Virus record (IMG/VR): IMGVR_UViG_3300030109_003595
Span: 9,024-73,023 of that record
Length of the DNA: 64,000 nt
Origin: a virus
Taxonomy: Duplodnaviria; Caudoviricetes
Direction: 5' to 3' (one strand)
Shown here: in pieces, positions 51,765 to 61,247 of the stretch
How the letters are laid out: each line of letters begins with the position of its first letter
How positions within the stretch are numbered: position 1 is the stretch's first letter
The notes under the pieces: generated by a model
Seen by the model: the letters and a program-made list of their open reading frames with translations, nothing else
Database searches by the model: none
What the model was told of the DNA's origin: nothing
Made by a program: the position numbers and the translations under genes

Positions 51765-54700
51765 GTGGGTACGGTTTTTCAGCATCTTCCGTGGGTCTGG
51801 CTCTCATATCGTAGTCGGGCAGGGTCTGCTCACCATCAAGGGTAGTAGGACCTCTAGGGCTTTCTACACTACCACCTAGTTCTATACCCAACCCTTTGCC
51901 GCCGCTCATGGGGAATTGTCCTTTCTCTAATACATCCAGAACCCTGACCATGACACCGAGTGCTTTCTCCATCTGTGGTTTGAGTATCTGATTCTTCTCT
52001 GCCAGCGTTTTCGCTTTATCCTGTATCTTCTTCTCAGGTATGGGTCTCTTCTCGACCTTACCTTTGAGCATCATGCTGGCAACCTGAGACCAGTATGGTT
52101 TGAGACTCTCAGATAATCTGATTGAATAATCGGATTCACCGAACTCTGACAAGAGGGTACGTGGTGAATGCACCCAGTACCCCAAATCGGATTTCTCCAG
52201 TGTGTAGAACACGTCGTTCTCAAGATATGTCTTGACAATCAGCGTGTTGTCCTCTATATCAACATCATGTGGGAAATGTAGGTTTGGTGTGGACTTGGCT
52301 AGGATGTTGAGTGTTTCCATGCTCACACTGGACTCGCCTTCCCCCTCGCCTACTATCTTCACTGGATTCAGGTCGTACACTTCCCTACCGTTGATTTTCT
52401 TCCTCTTGATGCCGGTGACCTCTACCTCGACTATCTCACCTTCATCGAAGTGCTTCGGACTTGATACCGTACCTACGTCGAGATACACCTCCCCTTCGTA
52501 ATCTACTGTGGCATTCTCTATGTCTTCATTGTCAATTAGAGGACCTGCACCTAGTCTGTATGTGATGCTCTTCTTGCCTCTCTTATCGAGAATCCTCAGG
52601 TTGACACTCTTGTTCGGTCTCAATAGAACCCACTTGGGGTGTCTCTTCTCTCCCTTCATGTATGTGCTCTTACCGTCTCTGATGAGTAGACAGTCATGCT
52701 CTTCAAGTAATGTCTTAACTGTGTCTTCCAGACCCTCGTCGTCAGTCATGCGTGTGTCATGTGGGCCGGGTACAGTGACGTTATCATACCCATCGAACTG
52801 TCCCCTAAGTATCTTCAATCTCTCTTGAATGGTCATGTCGGTGACATCGGTGTCATCGTAGTAGGTGATGTCGATGATGTGCAACTCTTCGTCTGAGAGT
52901 ATACCATCCAATGTGCAGTCCTTCTTCCCTAGGTTCTTGACACCATCCTTGACCCAATCAGGTATGCTCATCCTTGAGTTGTGCTCGTTGTACGCTGATA
53001 TCTTGTCGTTCAACTTCATGACCACGACTCTCTCGCCCTCGTACCACTTGGAAACCACCCAAGAACCAGTGAAGCCCCTGAGTTGCTTCATATCCTTGAA
53101 ATCGAATATCCTGTGCATGGGTCGTATGGGAGGCACGAAATTGGGTGTATCGTCTCCTTTCAGCATTAGTGAGTCAGGATTGAGCAGGTATGCAGCGTAG
53201 TCTGACGGCTCGCTGGTCGTTATCGAGTACGATTGTTCTGCTGGTACAGAGCCATCTGGGTAGACCATGTACTGGTTAGCACCAGTCATAGAGACGTTCT
53301 GTTCATCGAGTTTCTGAACTGCTGCTGCCACATCAGCATCAAACTCGTTCTGGATGACTGACATGGGTACTGGGTGCATCGGTTGGGGAGCACCTGTCGG
53401 CCCTGATGTGAGTTCACCGAAGGTGGCATCGAAGGACTCGGTTGGTTTCCTGAGTCTGTGGTTGCTGTGGTCCATGAGTCCTGAGTATCCGTAGAGGTCC
53501 ATGATGGGCGAGCCATGCACTCCCATCGGGTGCAGTTCCCTTTCTCCGAAGCCTATGGTCTCACTCTCAATCATAGCAGGTGACGATGACAGGTCGAAAT
53601 TGGGGTCATGCACGAAGAGGTCTTTGCTCGCATGTTGAATGTAGTTGGCTCGTGTGTCTATCCCACGGTTGCTCTTGTTTGCCTTGATTTTTGCGTTAGA
53701 GAGAGCAGAACGCCTTTCCGTCCCTCTACCTATCTCAGGCGCTGCAAAGTATGTCAGACCTAGATTGTCTTGAACCTCCTTGGGAAGGCTGTTGACCTGA
53801 CCCCTGAGTCCCCTCATCTGGGACTCTATGCGCTTTGTGTACCCAAGCACGTCATTTTTGGAGTACCCGTACTTCTCCTCGAACTCCTCGTCGGAGACGG
53901 TGTGGTCTCTGGTAGATGCGAATATCTTCCCGGCATGGTCGTGCATGTGGTCTATGTCGTCATACCCCAAGAACATCCTTTGCCCCTCTCCTGCATACAA
54001 CTCAGGTGGGTTTGTTGTCATGGAATTGAGAGACATCAGCACTCTGTGGTCATCCTCGTTGTTCGGGTCGAGTGATGCTTTTATCGAGTCCAGCACGTTT
54101 CCATAGTGCGCTGAGTGAGTTCCGTCCTCACCCATACCTAGGTGCTTCACTAGGTCGTCTAGGGTAGTTTTCGAGTCTATTTTGAAACCGTGCTCTCGCA
54201 TGTGCTCTGGTAGTCTGTGAAGTCCAGTCCTCTGCAATGGTGTCTTTCTCTCGTCTATGCCATGCTCCATCACCTTGAGGTTGTTTGTCCAAGTCTCACC
54301 GTTAGGTAGTTCTATCTCCGCCCCCCTCGGTAGGTGCATCAGAACCATGTTGGCATCCCTGAACAGACCGTCAATCTCCGCATCCAAGTTGGGGTTGTCA
54401 GGGCTGAACGTACCCTCCGGTTTGAGTTTCCTGAGGACCATTGCCATCTCTGTGATTGCCTTGTGATGGGAATGTATCCTATCTGTGTGTTGTTTCATCA
54501 ACGTACCTCCCATCCTATCATTCAGACCGAAGTGGTCTAGGAACTCTTCAACTGACTCATCGTCACCAACCCTAGCACCGAATGAAGGGAGGTTCAACTT
54601 GAGGCTGTTTGGTGACAGTCCGAGCATACCGGCAGGTCTCTCACTACTACCTCTTCCCATCATAGTCGCTATAGAGTGCGACCATAGATGTTGGAACTTG

Positions 54701-57165
54701 GAAACTTGGTCTGGGTCTATCTTCTCCTCGTAACTATCCTGCACGTTGTCCCCGGTCGGTAACTCCTCACCCGCTCCTACGGTTGCTGCTAGGTTCGTAC
54801 CACCTATGTCCGTCTCCTTCTTCACTGACCTCTTGTATCCCTTGCCATGTGGTATCCTTGAGTTGGTAGCACCTGAGGAGTATTGTGGTTTGTTGATTCT
54901 GTAGTTCTTTCCGTACTTCTCCACTAATTCCTCATCTGACAATCTGGATATGGTATTGACCAGACCGGGTGATAGATGTGATAGGTTTGCGAGAATCTGG
55001 TTCTTCGGAGTTGTACCCTTAATTCCGTACATCTTAGTCTGACCGTACTTGGATAGTATGTTGGCTGGGGTGTTAAAGACACCACGCTTGTGGTTGAGGA
55101 AAGGTGCAATCATTCCTATGTTATACTCATTGGGTGTTATTCGCTCTCCGTCTATCGCACCTAGGTGACTTTCACCATCTGCGTCTGAAAAATGCCTGAA
55201 TATCATCTCCATCAAAGTATGGGGGTTTCTACCAAGACCACCAGCAGCGAAGGCCGGAGCAAAGAAAGCACCGAGGCCGTAGTGACCTGTGCTGTCGGAA
55301 ACCCTCAGGTCCTGCATGACCTCGGCCATCTCCGGGTCAATCTCGGACTCATCGAAGTACAGACCGCCATGCAGGAGCATGTCGTTGCGTATATCCTTGG
55401 CATCTTTACCTAGGTCTCCTTGGGACTTTGCTTTAGCGAGTACCGACATGAGAGTGTCCCTGTCGAGCAGAGGGCCTGAGAAGTTGGGATAGTGATGGTC
55501 ATCATCCTCGGTCATCTCGGTCATGTCCTCGTTGTACCCCAATGCATAGAGAATCTCCTTCTTGGATAGTCTATCTCCGTGACCTGTCCTTATTATGTCG
55601 TTAAGGGACTTGTCATAGTGAGCGGCTATTGCCTCCTCCTCGGATGCACCCTCGTTCTTTTTCTGGTATCCCTTGATTGACCTGTCACTGTGCTTCGACA
55701 ACTTGGGTAGGTGGTTGAAATCCTTGTGAGCCTTGCCTGTCTCCTTGTGGAAGTGTCCGTCTTTGTCAAGCCCGTTCTCCTCATTGGCTTCAACTAACTC
55801 CAGACCCAGAGCCTCTCTGAGGTTGTCGTGTATGGTGTCCCTGTGCTCGAAATCGTCATCATGTACTATGTCGTGAATTGCTGAGAAGAACTCATCTTGC
55901 TGTTTGTTGGAGAGTTGGTCCTCATTGCTCTCTCTATGTGGTATGATGTTCTCGTGCGTAAATCCGTGCTGCCTGCCGCCCCAATTAGACATCGGATTGA
56001 GTATGTGTTGTGTTGACCTCTTTATCCTCCCAGCGGATACGGTTGTGCCGTCTGGTAGTTTGATGTCTTGGTTTCCCACCTTGTCCAGCCCATCCTGCAT
56101 CTTGCTCATTATCGCTGTTCTCTCTCTGGGGGAGAACCACTGTAGTTGGTGTATGAAACCACCAAGACCCAGATTGTATCCGTGGTCGATGGTCTCCGCT
56201 GGTGGCATCTTCCCCTGCTTGTCTGCGAGTGCGTAGTCGAAGGGCTGTTCCTTGACCTCGGTGTCCATGTGTTTGTGATTCCAACTCCTAGCCCTGTCGT
56301 CTGCGTGTAGTTTCCTGAGAGCCAGTTCCTCCTGCGAGTGGAAGTGACCGTCTGGAGTCTCGTCTGACAATCCCTCTGCTCTGGCATCTGCGATAGAGCC
56401 TGTCCTCCAAGAACCATCATGGTCCACCTCACCAGTCTCAGGGTGGATGCTCTTCCACTCCTCATCACCACTGAGCCAGCGCTGGTAATCCCTCTCATAC
56501 ACGTCTTGCATGGTCTTGAGTGATACGTCTTTCAAACCACCAAGAGGACCAAGGCCGTGGAAGTTCCTGACCGTGTTGCCCTCTAAGTCCAACTTCTCCA
56601 TGCCCTTGTGGTGTGGGCTGCCCTTCTTCCTGAGCATTCTGTCTTGTGCATGCTCCACTGCCGCTGATATCCTTCCGTGGGTCTTGTGGTTGGTGTGTGT
56701 CGGTAGCATCTGCCTAACCATCAAGTCGTCTCTGATTGAGCGACCTGAGGGTAGCATTCTCTTTGACGGGTCGAAGAAACTACTGAAGGGATTGGACTTT
56801 GAGTCACCGTAGGGTGCTAGTCCCACGTCTGCGACCTCAAGGTCGTGATGATGCGAAGTTCCTCTTCTCTTCACCCTGCCTCTCCAAGGATGTCTCTTAG
56901 AGAGATGGTTTTGGTTCTGCTCGGCTTGTATGGCTAGGAACTGTTCTTTTGGTATGTACGAGTTACCACTGTAGGTCATCTTCCTGACGAAGGAGTCGCA
57001 TATGTTCTCCTTCCAAGTAATGTCGTTGGTGAAACCATCCTGCTTCATCACCGCTTTGGCGATGACATACTCATCTATGCTTTCATCTACGTCTAATCCG
57101 TCTAGAATACTAAGCAAGAGTTGCTCTCGTGCTTTTAAGAACGTGGATACTGAGTCTTCATACAC
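51685..57165 (-). CDS. 1826-aa head-module protein with C-terminal degenerate ATP-dependent DNA ligase-like domain
   Basis: PM..., SKWYEGER, LDGIL, IIDI, ERLKIL, STYMKGEKRHPKW, VGTV, IVEVEV (adenylation + OB domains, ~52295-53155); His/Asp-rich unknown N-terminal region. Confidence 0.75.
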   Translation of the reverse strand: MYEDSVSTFLKAREQLLLSILDGLDVDESIDEYVIAKAVMKQDGFTNDITWKENICDSFVRKMTYSGNSYIPKEQFLAIQAEQNQNHLSKRHPWRGRVKRRGTSHHHDLEVADVGLAPYGDSKSNPFSSFFDPSKRMLPSGRSIRDDLMVRQMLPTHTNHKTHGRISAAVEHAQDRMLRKKGSPHHKGMEKLDLEGNTVRNFHGLGPLGGLKDVSLKTMQDVYERDYQRWLSGDEEWKSIHPETGEVDHDGSWRTGSIADARAEGLSDETPDGHFHSQEELALRKLHADDRARSWNHKHMDTEVKEQPFDYALADKQGKMPPAETIDHGYNLGLGGFIHQLQWFSPRERTAIMSKMQDGLDKVGNQDIKLPDGTTVSAGRIKRSTQHILNPMSNWGGRQHGFTHENIIPHRESNEDQLSNKQQDEFFSAIHDIVHDDDFEHRDTIHDNLREALGLELVEANEENGLDKDGHFHKETGKAHKDFNHLPKLSKHSDRSIKGYQKKNEGASEEEAIAAHYDKSLNDIIRTGHGDRLSKKEILYALGYNEDMTEMTEDDDHHYPNFSGPLLDRDTLMSVLAKAKSQGDLGKDAKDIRNDMLLHGGLYFDESEIDPEMAEVMQDLRVSDSTGHYGLGAFFAPAFAAGGLGRNPHTLMEMIFRHFSDADGESHLGAIDGERITPNEYNIGMIAPFLNHKRGVFNTPANILSKYGQTKMYGIKGTTPKNQILANLSHLSPGLVNTISRLSDEELVEKYGKNYRINKPQYSSGATNSRIPHGKGYKRSVKKETDIGGTNLAATVGAGEELPTGDNVQDSYEEKIDPDQVSKFQHLWSHSIATMMGRGSSERPAGMLGLSPNSLKLNLPSFGARVGDDESVEEFLDHFGLNDRMGGTLMKQHTDRIHSHHKAITEMAMVLRKLKPEGTFSPDNPNLDAEIDGLFRDANMVLMHLPRGAEIELPNGETWTNNLKVMEHGIDERKTPLQRTGLHRLPEHMREHGFKIDSKTTLDDLVKHLGMGEDGTHSAHYGNVLDSIKASLDPNNEDDHRVLMSLNSMTTNPPELYAGEGQRMFLGYDDIDHMHDHAGKIFASTRDHTVSDEEFEEKYGYSKNDVLGYTKRIESQMRGLRGQVNSLPKEVQDNLGLTYFAAPEIGRGTERRSALSNAKIKANKSNRGIDTRANYIQHASKDLFVHDPNFDLSSSPAMIESETIGFGERELHPMGVHGSPIMDLYGYSGLMDHSNHRLRKPTESFDATFGELTSGPTGAPQPMHPVPMSVIQNEFDADVAAAVQKLDEQNVSMTGANQYMVYPDGSVPAEQSYSITTSEPSDYAAYLLNPDSLMLKGDDTPNFVPPIRPMHRIFDFKDMKQLRGFTGSWVVSKWYEGERVVVMKLNDKISAYNEHNSRMSIPDWVKDGVKNLGKKDCTLDGILSDEELHIIDITYYDDTDVTDMTIQERLKILRGQFDGYDNVTVPGPHDTRMTDDEGLEDTVKTLLEEHDCLLIRDGKSTYMKGEKRHPKWVLLRPNKSVNLRILDKRGKKSITYRLGAGPLIDNEDIENATVDYEGEVYLDVGTVSSPKHFDEGEIVEVEVTGIKRKKINGREVYDLNPVKIVGEGEGESSVSMETLNILAKSTPNLHFPHDVDIEDNTLIVKTYLENDVFYTLEKSDLGYWVHSPRTLLSEFGESDYSIRLSESLKPYWSQVASMMLKGKVEKRPIPEKKIQDKAKTLAEKNQILKPQMEKALGVMVRVLDVLEKGQFPMSGGKGLGIELGGSVESPRGPTTLDGEQTLPDYDMRARPTEDAEKPYPHMKRQQKRGKGIKNEDSGPDKEVTTV

Positions 57166-57175
57166 ACGTTACCAC

Positions 57176-57529
57176 CTAGTCTCTATCTGGTTGTTTGTTG
57201 TCTGTAGAAACATCACGGTCTTGGTCTCCGCTTTGATGTGCATTCATTCTCTTTGCGAGTTCTTCGACATTGAAGGAACTGGAAGTTGCGCCTTTATTGG
57301 TTACATCCTCCACATCTAGTAGATGTCCGTTGGTCGAATACCCTGCACTCTTAGTCTGCCCACCAGTCTCTGATACGAAATGCATGCCCTCTGGTTTTGT
57401 GGAGAAGGTCTGTTCGTAGTGAGGTTGAGCGGATTTCTCAAGTTTCTCTGCCCTCTTTGCTAGATTTTGTGCTTTCTTCAATAGTGCTTCTGCCTCATTG
57501 GAAACTTCTTCATATCTCGGTCTCATCAT
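57176..57529 (-). CDS. Small head-module protein
   Basis: 117 aa; N-terminal coiled coil, LEKSA motif; GGAGGT SD. Confidence 0.65.
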   Translation of the reverse strand: MMRPRYEEVSNEAEALLKKAQNLAKRAEKLEKSAQPHYEQTFSTKPEGMHFVSETGGQTKSAGYSTNGHLLDVEDVTNKGATSSSFNVEELAKRMNAHQSGDQDRDVSTDNKQPDRD

Positions 57530-57876
57530 AATACCTCCACGTTCTTGGTGCTGTCTGCCAATTCGTGAATGTCATCCCAAGACATTTGGTGTACGTCTTC
57601 GTTACTCATCACACCAATGTCTACTTTGTTGCCTTTCAATAGAGTAGCCTCTCCCATATCTAGGTCTGCTCTGAAGTTATCAGTCTGTACGTCTTCTGAA
57701 AGAGGAGTATTGACTGATACGAAACCTGCTCTCTTGAGTAGGTTTCCGGGTCTTTGAATCATCTTCTTGAGTTCTATGTTCTCTTGCTTCAAACTGTCGA
57801 GAGAACGGTCCATGGACTCCATCTTGTTGATTAGAGCATTCATTAACCGCTCTGTTCCACTCTCTTCTGTTGACAC
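57526..57876 (-). CDS. Scaffold-like protein sharing its C-terminal motif with the protease/scaffold
   Basis: SNEDVHQMSWDDIHELADS versus STEELATMSWEEVHNLANS; N-terminal coiled coil. Confidence 0.65.
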   Translation of the reverse strand: MSTEESGTERLMNALINKMESMDRSLDSLKQENIELKKMIQRPGNLLKRAGFVSVNTPLSEDVQTDNFRADLDMGEATLLKGNKVDIGVMSNEDVHQMSWDDIHELADSTKNVEVL

Positions 57877-57885
57877 GTTTAATCC

Positions 57886-58242
57886 TCACTCTGGTCTGTA
57901 TGCTCTTCCGAAAGTACCAGTGTGGGGTTTCATCCTGCTGTTGCTTCGTGCAGAAATGATTGTGCCCGGCAACTGACTGTCTCTTTGATTGACATCGAAA
58001 TTAGTGCCTCTCTCATTGAACTTCATAGGCGCTACACCGTTTACATACTCAGATAGTGGATTATCCGCCTTTGTTAGTTTGACAGATAGGTCTTCATGTA
58101 GGTATCCTCCGAACTTCAGCATCTCCTCTAGATGCTGTTTTGCGTCGTCTGCGTTTCCATTCTCAAAAGCCTTTGTGAAGGCTTCTGCATGTACATTTAA
58201 TTTCCTAGCCATCGGGTCTAACTTCAATAGGTCCATACTCAC
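57886..58242 (-). CDS. Small head-module protein
   Basis: 118 aa; LTKAD motif; TATA-like TAATTAAAGG upstream. Confidence 0.65.
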   Translation of the reverse strand: MSMDLLKLDPMARKLNVHAEAFTKAFENGNADDAKQHLEEMLKFGGYLHEDLSVKLTKADNPLSEYVNGVAPMKFNERGTNFDVNQRDSQLPGTIISARSNSRMKPHTGTFGRAYRPE

Positions 58243-58277
58243 TCGTGCCCTCCGAAGTGTTGTTCCTTTAATTATCC

Positions 58278-60026
58278 TTATGCACCACGAGGGCGTTTTG
58301 CGTCTGAAATGCCACGTTGTGCTCTCTGAACGGGAGTCTGTTGTGGTCCTCTCTGTTGAACGTTGGAGAATGGTGAGCCTGCACCCGCTGATGCTCTCTG
58401 TTCAGGCCGTGCTGGGGGTGCGTTCCTGATACCCATACCCTCCCCTCCGGGGTTGGCTACTCCCGGTGGCATTCCGGGTACTCTCTGCATGACTCCGGGC
58501 GGCATACCGGGCGGCATTCCCCCTCCCGGTGGCATACCCGGTGGCATACCCGGTGGCATACCCGGTGGCATCATTGGCATACCACCACCTCCGGGCGGCA
58601 TCCCCTGTCCTTCCATTGGGTCTATCTTCTTGTATACGAAACGAATGTCCCTCTCTCCCTCTTCGAGCAGTTCGGGTTTGTATCCTAGCATCATCATTCG
58701 TTGTGCTAGGTTGGCTTCCATCTCGTCTCTCCTGAGTCTGGTTATCTCGTCTTCCTCCTCGTTCGGATAGAGTGTCAGTTTCCAGTCTTCTACCCCCATC
58801 TCCTTGAGCATACGTGGGAAGAGAACATCGGTGTACACCTTCTGCCCGTACTCCACGGCACGGTTGGTAACGAGAATCTGCATACCCTCGTTGTTGAGAC
58901 CACCACTCTTGCCATTGTCAATCATGAACACCGCTGACACACCATAGAATGCTGCTATCCTGTTTCTCATCTCATCACGAACTGCGATGTACTGCATTTC
59001 CTCAAGGGTGTCCATGAACTTAATCCAATTAACACCCCCTCTTCCACTGGAACTCTCGATACCGACTTTCGGTATGTAGTGAGGGTCTCTCTCCATCTTC
59101 TCATCGACTGTCTTCCAGAAGGACTTCATCGACTCCAGATTGTCAGTGGTGACTGATATGATTCCCTTGGGTGCTCTCCTCTTCTGGTATGATGTGTACA
59201 TGTAGTTGTCCATCGCTGTGAGTGTCATGGCCTGTCTCCACATGGTGTTGACTGGGCTTCTTCCATAGAGTTTTGATGGGTTGTACTTGCTGACGTGAAG
59301 TACCTCGCCCTTGAGGTAATACTGACTCTTGCCACTACCAGCCATGTTGATGTAGTGCACGTCTTCCATCTGCCCACCGCAGACTTGACAATCACCCTCT
59401 TGGCCGGGATAAGATACCTCTGTCCTGTGCAAAGGGCAGACCTTGTATCTACCACCTCTGACTCCTCTCTTATCAGATACTATACGCATGAATATAGGGT
59501 CACCACGAATGAGTTCCTTGACTCTGAAGAACTGTATTTCACCGTCTTCTGGGTCTACGTAGTACTCTTTGACTATAATGAGGAAGGCATCGTCAACTAC
59601 ATTGAGGTCCTTCTCTATCTCATACAACACATGCATGAAGTCCTGCTCCATGGAGTTCTGCTCTTTGAGAAGCCATCTTGGGTAGACAATCTCATCAGCA
59701 CTTGGTGGTCTGACCGGTGAGTCGCAGACATTGCACATATCCACATCATGATGATACTCCTCACCACAGGTATCACACTTGAATCTGAACTTCTTCTCCC
59801 AGAAGTAGCCCCTCCTGAATATCTCCTGCTGTAGTTTTGACAGCACGGTTCTGAGAATCAGATTCTCATGTGATACAGCGTACAGGGCTGGTATAGTGAT
59901 ACCTTGAGCCAAGACGGGTTCTTGGATTCCGGTAGTGTACAGAGGCATCTGAGGTTGAGGGGTAGTACGTCTCTTGAATGGGTTCAGAGAATCTAGAAAT
60001 CTCCTTACAGGACTCTCATCTGCCAT
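58278..60026 (-). CDS. Portal protein
   Basis: DLNVVDDAF, EVLH...LYGRSP, PKGII, EMQYIAVR..RNRIAAFYGV; position near terminase; two Cys-rich insertions; PPGM-rich tail. Confidence 0.9.
   Translation of the reverse strand: MADESPVRRFLDSLNPFKRRTTPQPQMPLYTTGIQEPVLAQGITIPALYAVSHENLILRTVLSKLQQEIFRRGYFWEKKFRFKCDTCGEEYHHDVDMCNVCDSPVRPPSADEIVYPRWLLKEQNSMEQDFMHVLYEIEKDLNVVDDAFLIIVKEYYVDPEDGEIQFFRVKELIRGDPIFMRIVSDKRGVRGGRYKVCPLHRTEVSYPGQEGDCQVCGGQMEDVHYINMAGSGKSQYYLKGEVLHVSKYNPSKLYGRSPVNTMWRQAMTLTAMDNYMYTSYQKRRAPKGIISVTTDNLESMKSFWKTVDEKMERDPHYIPKVGIESSSGRGGVNWIKFMDTLEEMQYIAVRDEMRNRIAAFYGVSAVFMIDNGKSGGLNNEGMQILVTNRAVEYGQKVYTDVLFPRMLKEMGVEDWKLTLYPNEEEDEITRLRRDEMEANLAQRMMMLGYKPELLEEGERDIRFVYKKIDPMEGQGMPPGGGGMPMMPPGMPPGMPPGMPPGGGMPPGMPPGVMQRVPGMPPGVANPGGEGMGIRNAPPARPEQRASAGAGSPFSNVQQRGPQQTPVQRAQRGISDAKRPRGA
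58495..58575. repeat. 12-bp tandem repeat (GGCATACCCGGT-like) encoding PPGM
   Basis: ggcatacccggt x3 plus degenerate copies in the portal C-terminus. Confidence 0.85.
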
Positions 60027-61164
60027 CTACATCACCCTCCTGTTTGTCAATGCCGTGGGGTGCGTCATGCTTGAGTGTTTCCATTTTATCCAATATGTAT
60101 ACCGCTTGCTCTTTTTTTGTTGATAGGTATGGTAGCATATTCTTGAGGATGTTAGATACCTCGTTGTCAATGTTGAAGATGAGTCGATGCTGAGTTGTAT
60201 GTTGCTTCGAGATTTTCCTGTTCAGTTGGAGAGAGCCTCCTTGTATCATCTTGTGCAATTGCTCGCAATGCACCCTACCTCTCTTTCCTGCTGATACGAA
60301 GCCAAGTGAGGTCTCGCCTCTCTCTGATACTTTGATGAAACCGTCTGACTCTAGGAAATCAGCGGCGTATGACCAAGGGTTCTTGATGATGATTCCATCA
60401 TCGTCCATCTTGACGAATGTGCCCTTCTTAGGACCGTTGATGATATCATACTCCTCTCCGTACATCGAGAGCAACTTGGACAATTTGCCTGCTGTCATGC
60501 TCTTGTGTAGTATGGATTCGTCTAGCATCCTCTCCTGTAGTCTCCTGCTGGAGAGAGCACCCTCTAGTTGTAGTATGTCTGATGCCTTGGTCAGTGTGTC
60601 CTGCTCCTTCTGAGTCAAACGCTTGGATTGGTGCAGAGTGCTTCTCCACATCTTCTTAGCATCAGTCTTGCTCTGCATGGCCGTAGCCCATGCCTGTGAC
60701 TCCTGCTCTCCCCACACATCTGTGAATTGGTCCAACATTTTGAGTGAGTTATCTGCACTGTCCCATAGATTGCAGGCCTGCATGAGACCGACTCTTCGAC
60801 TCTCACCGAATCTCCTGAGGCTCTTGAGGTCTCTATCACTAGCACCTAGTTGCTTTATGGTACTCTCCTTGCCGTTCGCCCAAGATATACCCTTCAGCGT
60901 GGTCTTCACCTCTAGAGCCTTGAGTGTCCTGACATCCTCAATAAGGAGGTCGATGTCGCTCTTGATTTCCTTGTGGTTTCTTCTCATCTTCCTGAGTCTG
61001 TTCACGAAATTAGAAGCAGTGCATCCAAGATGAGTCTCGAACCAACCACTACCTGTGTTGGAGAATGCGTATGAGGGTGTGAACTTCTCCTCTTCCTTCT
61101 GTATAGATTCAATCTGGAAGTCTACGTCTTCCTTCAGTACGGCACTATACCAGATTGTCATCAC
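60016..61164 (-). CDS. Protein with C-terminal LAGLIDADG-like domain
   Basis: WSYAADFLESDGFIKVS followed by ...NMLPYLSTKKEQA, typical of the LAGLIDADG fold; long helical N-terminus. Confidence 0.65.
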   Translation of the reverse strand: MMTIWYSAVLKEDVDFQIESIQKEEEKFTPSYAFSNTGSGWFETHLGCTASNFVNRLRKMRRNHKEIKSDIDLLIEDVRTLKALEVKTTLKGISWANGKESTIKQLGASDRDLKSLRRFGESRRVGLMQACNLWDSADNSLKMLDQFTDVWGEQESQAWATAMQSKTDAKKMWRSTLHQSKRLTQKEQDTLTKASDILQLEGALSSRRLQERMLDESILHKSMTAGKLSKLLSMYGEEYDIINGPKKGTFVKMDDDGIIIKNPWSYAADFLESDGFIKVSERGETSLGFVSAGKRGRVHCEQLHKMIQGGSLQLNRKISKQHTTQHRLIFNIDNEVSNILKNMLPYLSTKKEQAVYILDKMETLKHDAPHGIDKQEGDVDGR

Positions 61165-61237
61165 CCCAGTATGTGCAGAAAACGCCTGTTGAATTGTCTG
61201 TCATGTTTGTGCTGCTGTTATTCTCGTATTTCGCCAT
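61145..61237 (-). CDS. Possible 30-aa micro-ORF
   Basis: MAKYENNSSTNMTDNSTGVFCTYWGDDNLV with a strong GAGGTGA SD after the terminase stop. Confidence 0.35.
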   Translation of the reverse strand: MAKYENNSSTNMTDNSTGVFCTYWGDDNLV

Positions 61238-61247
61238 CTCTCTCACC

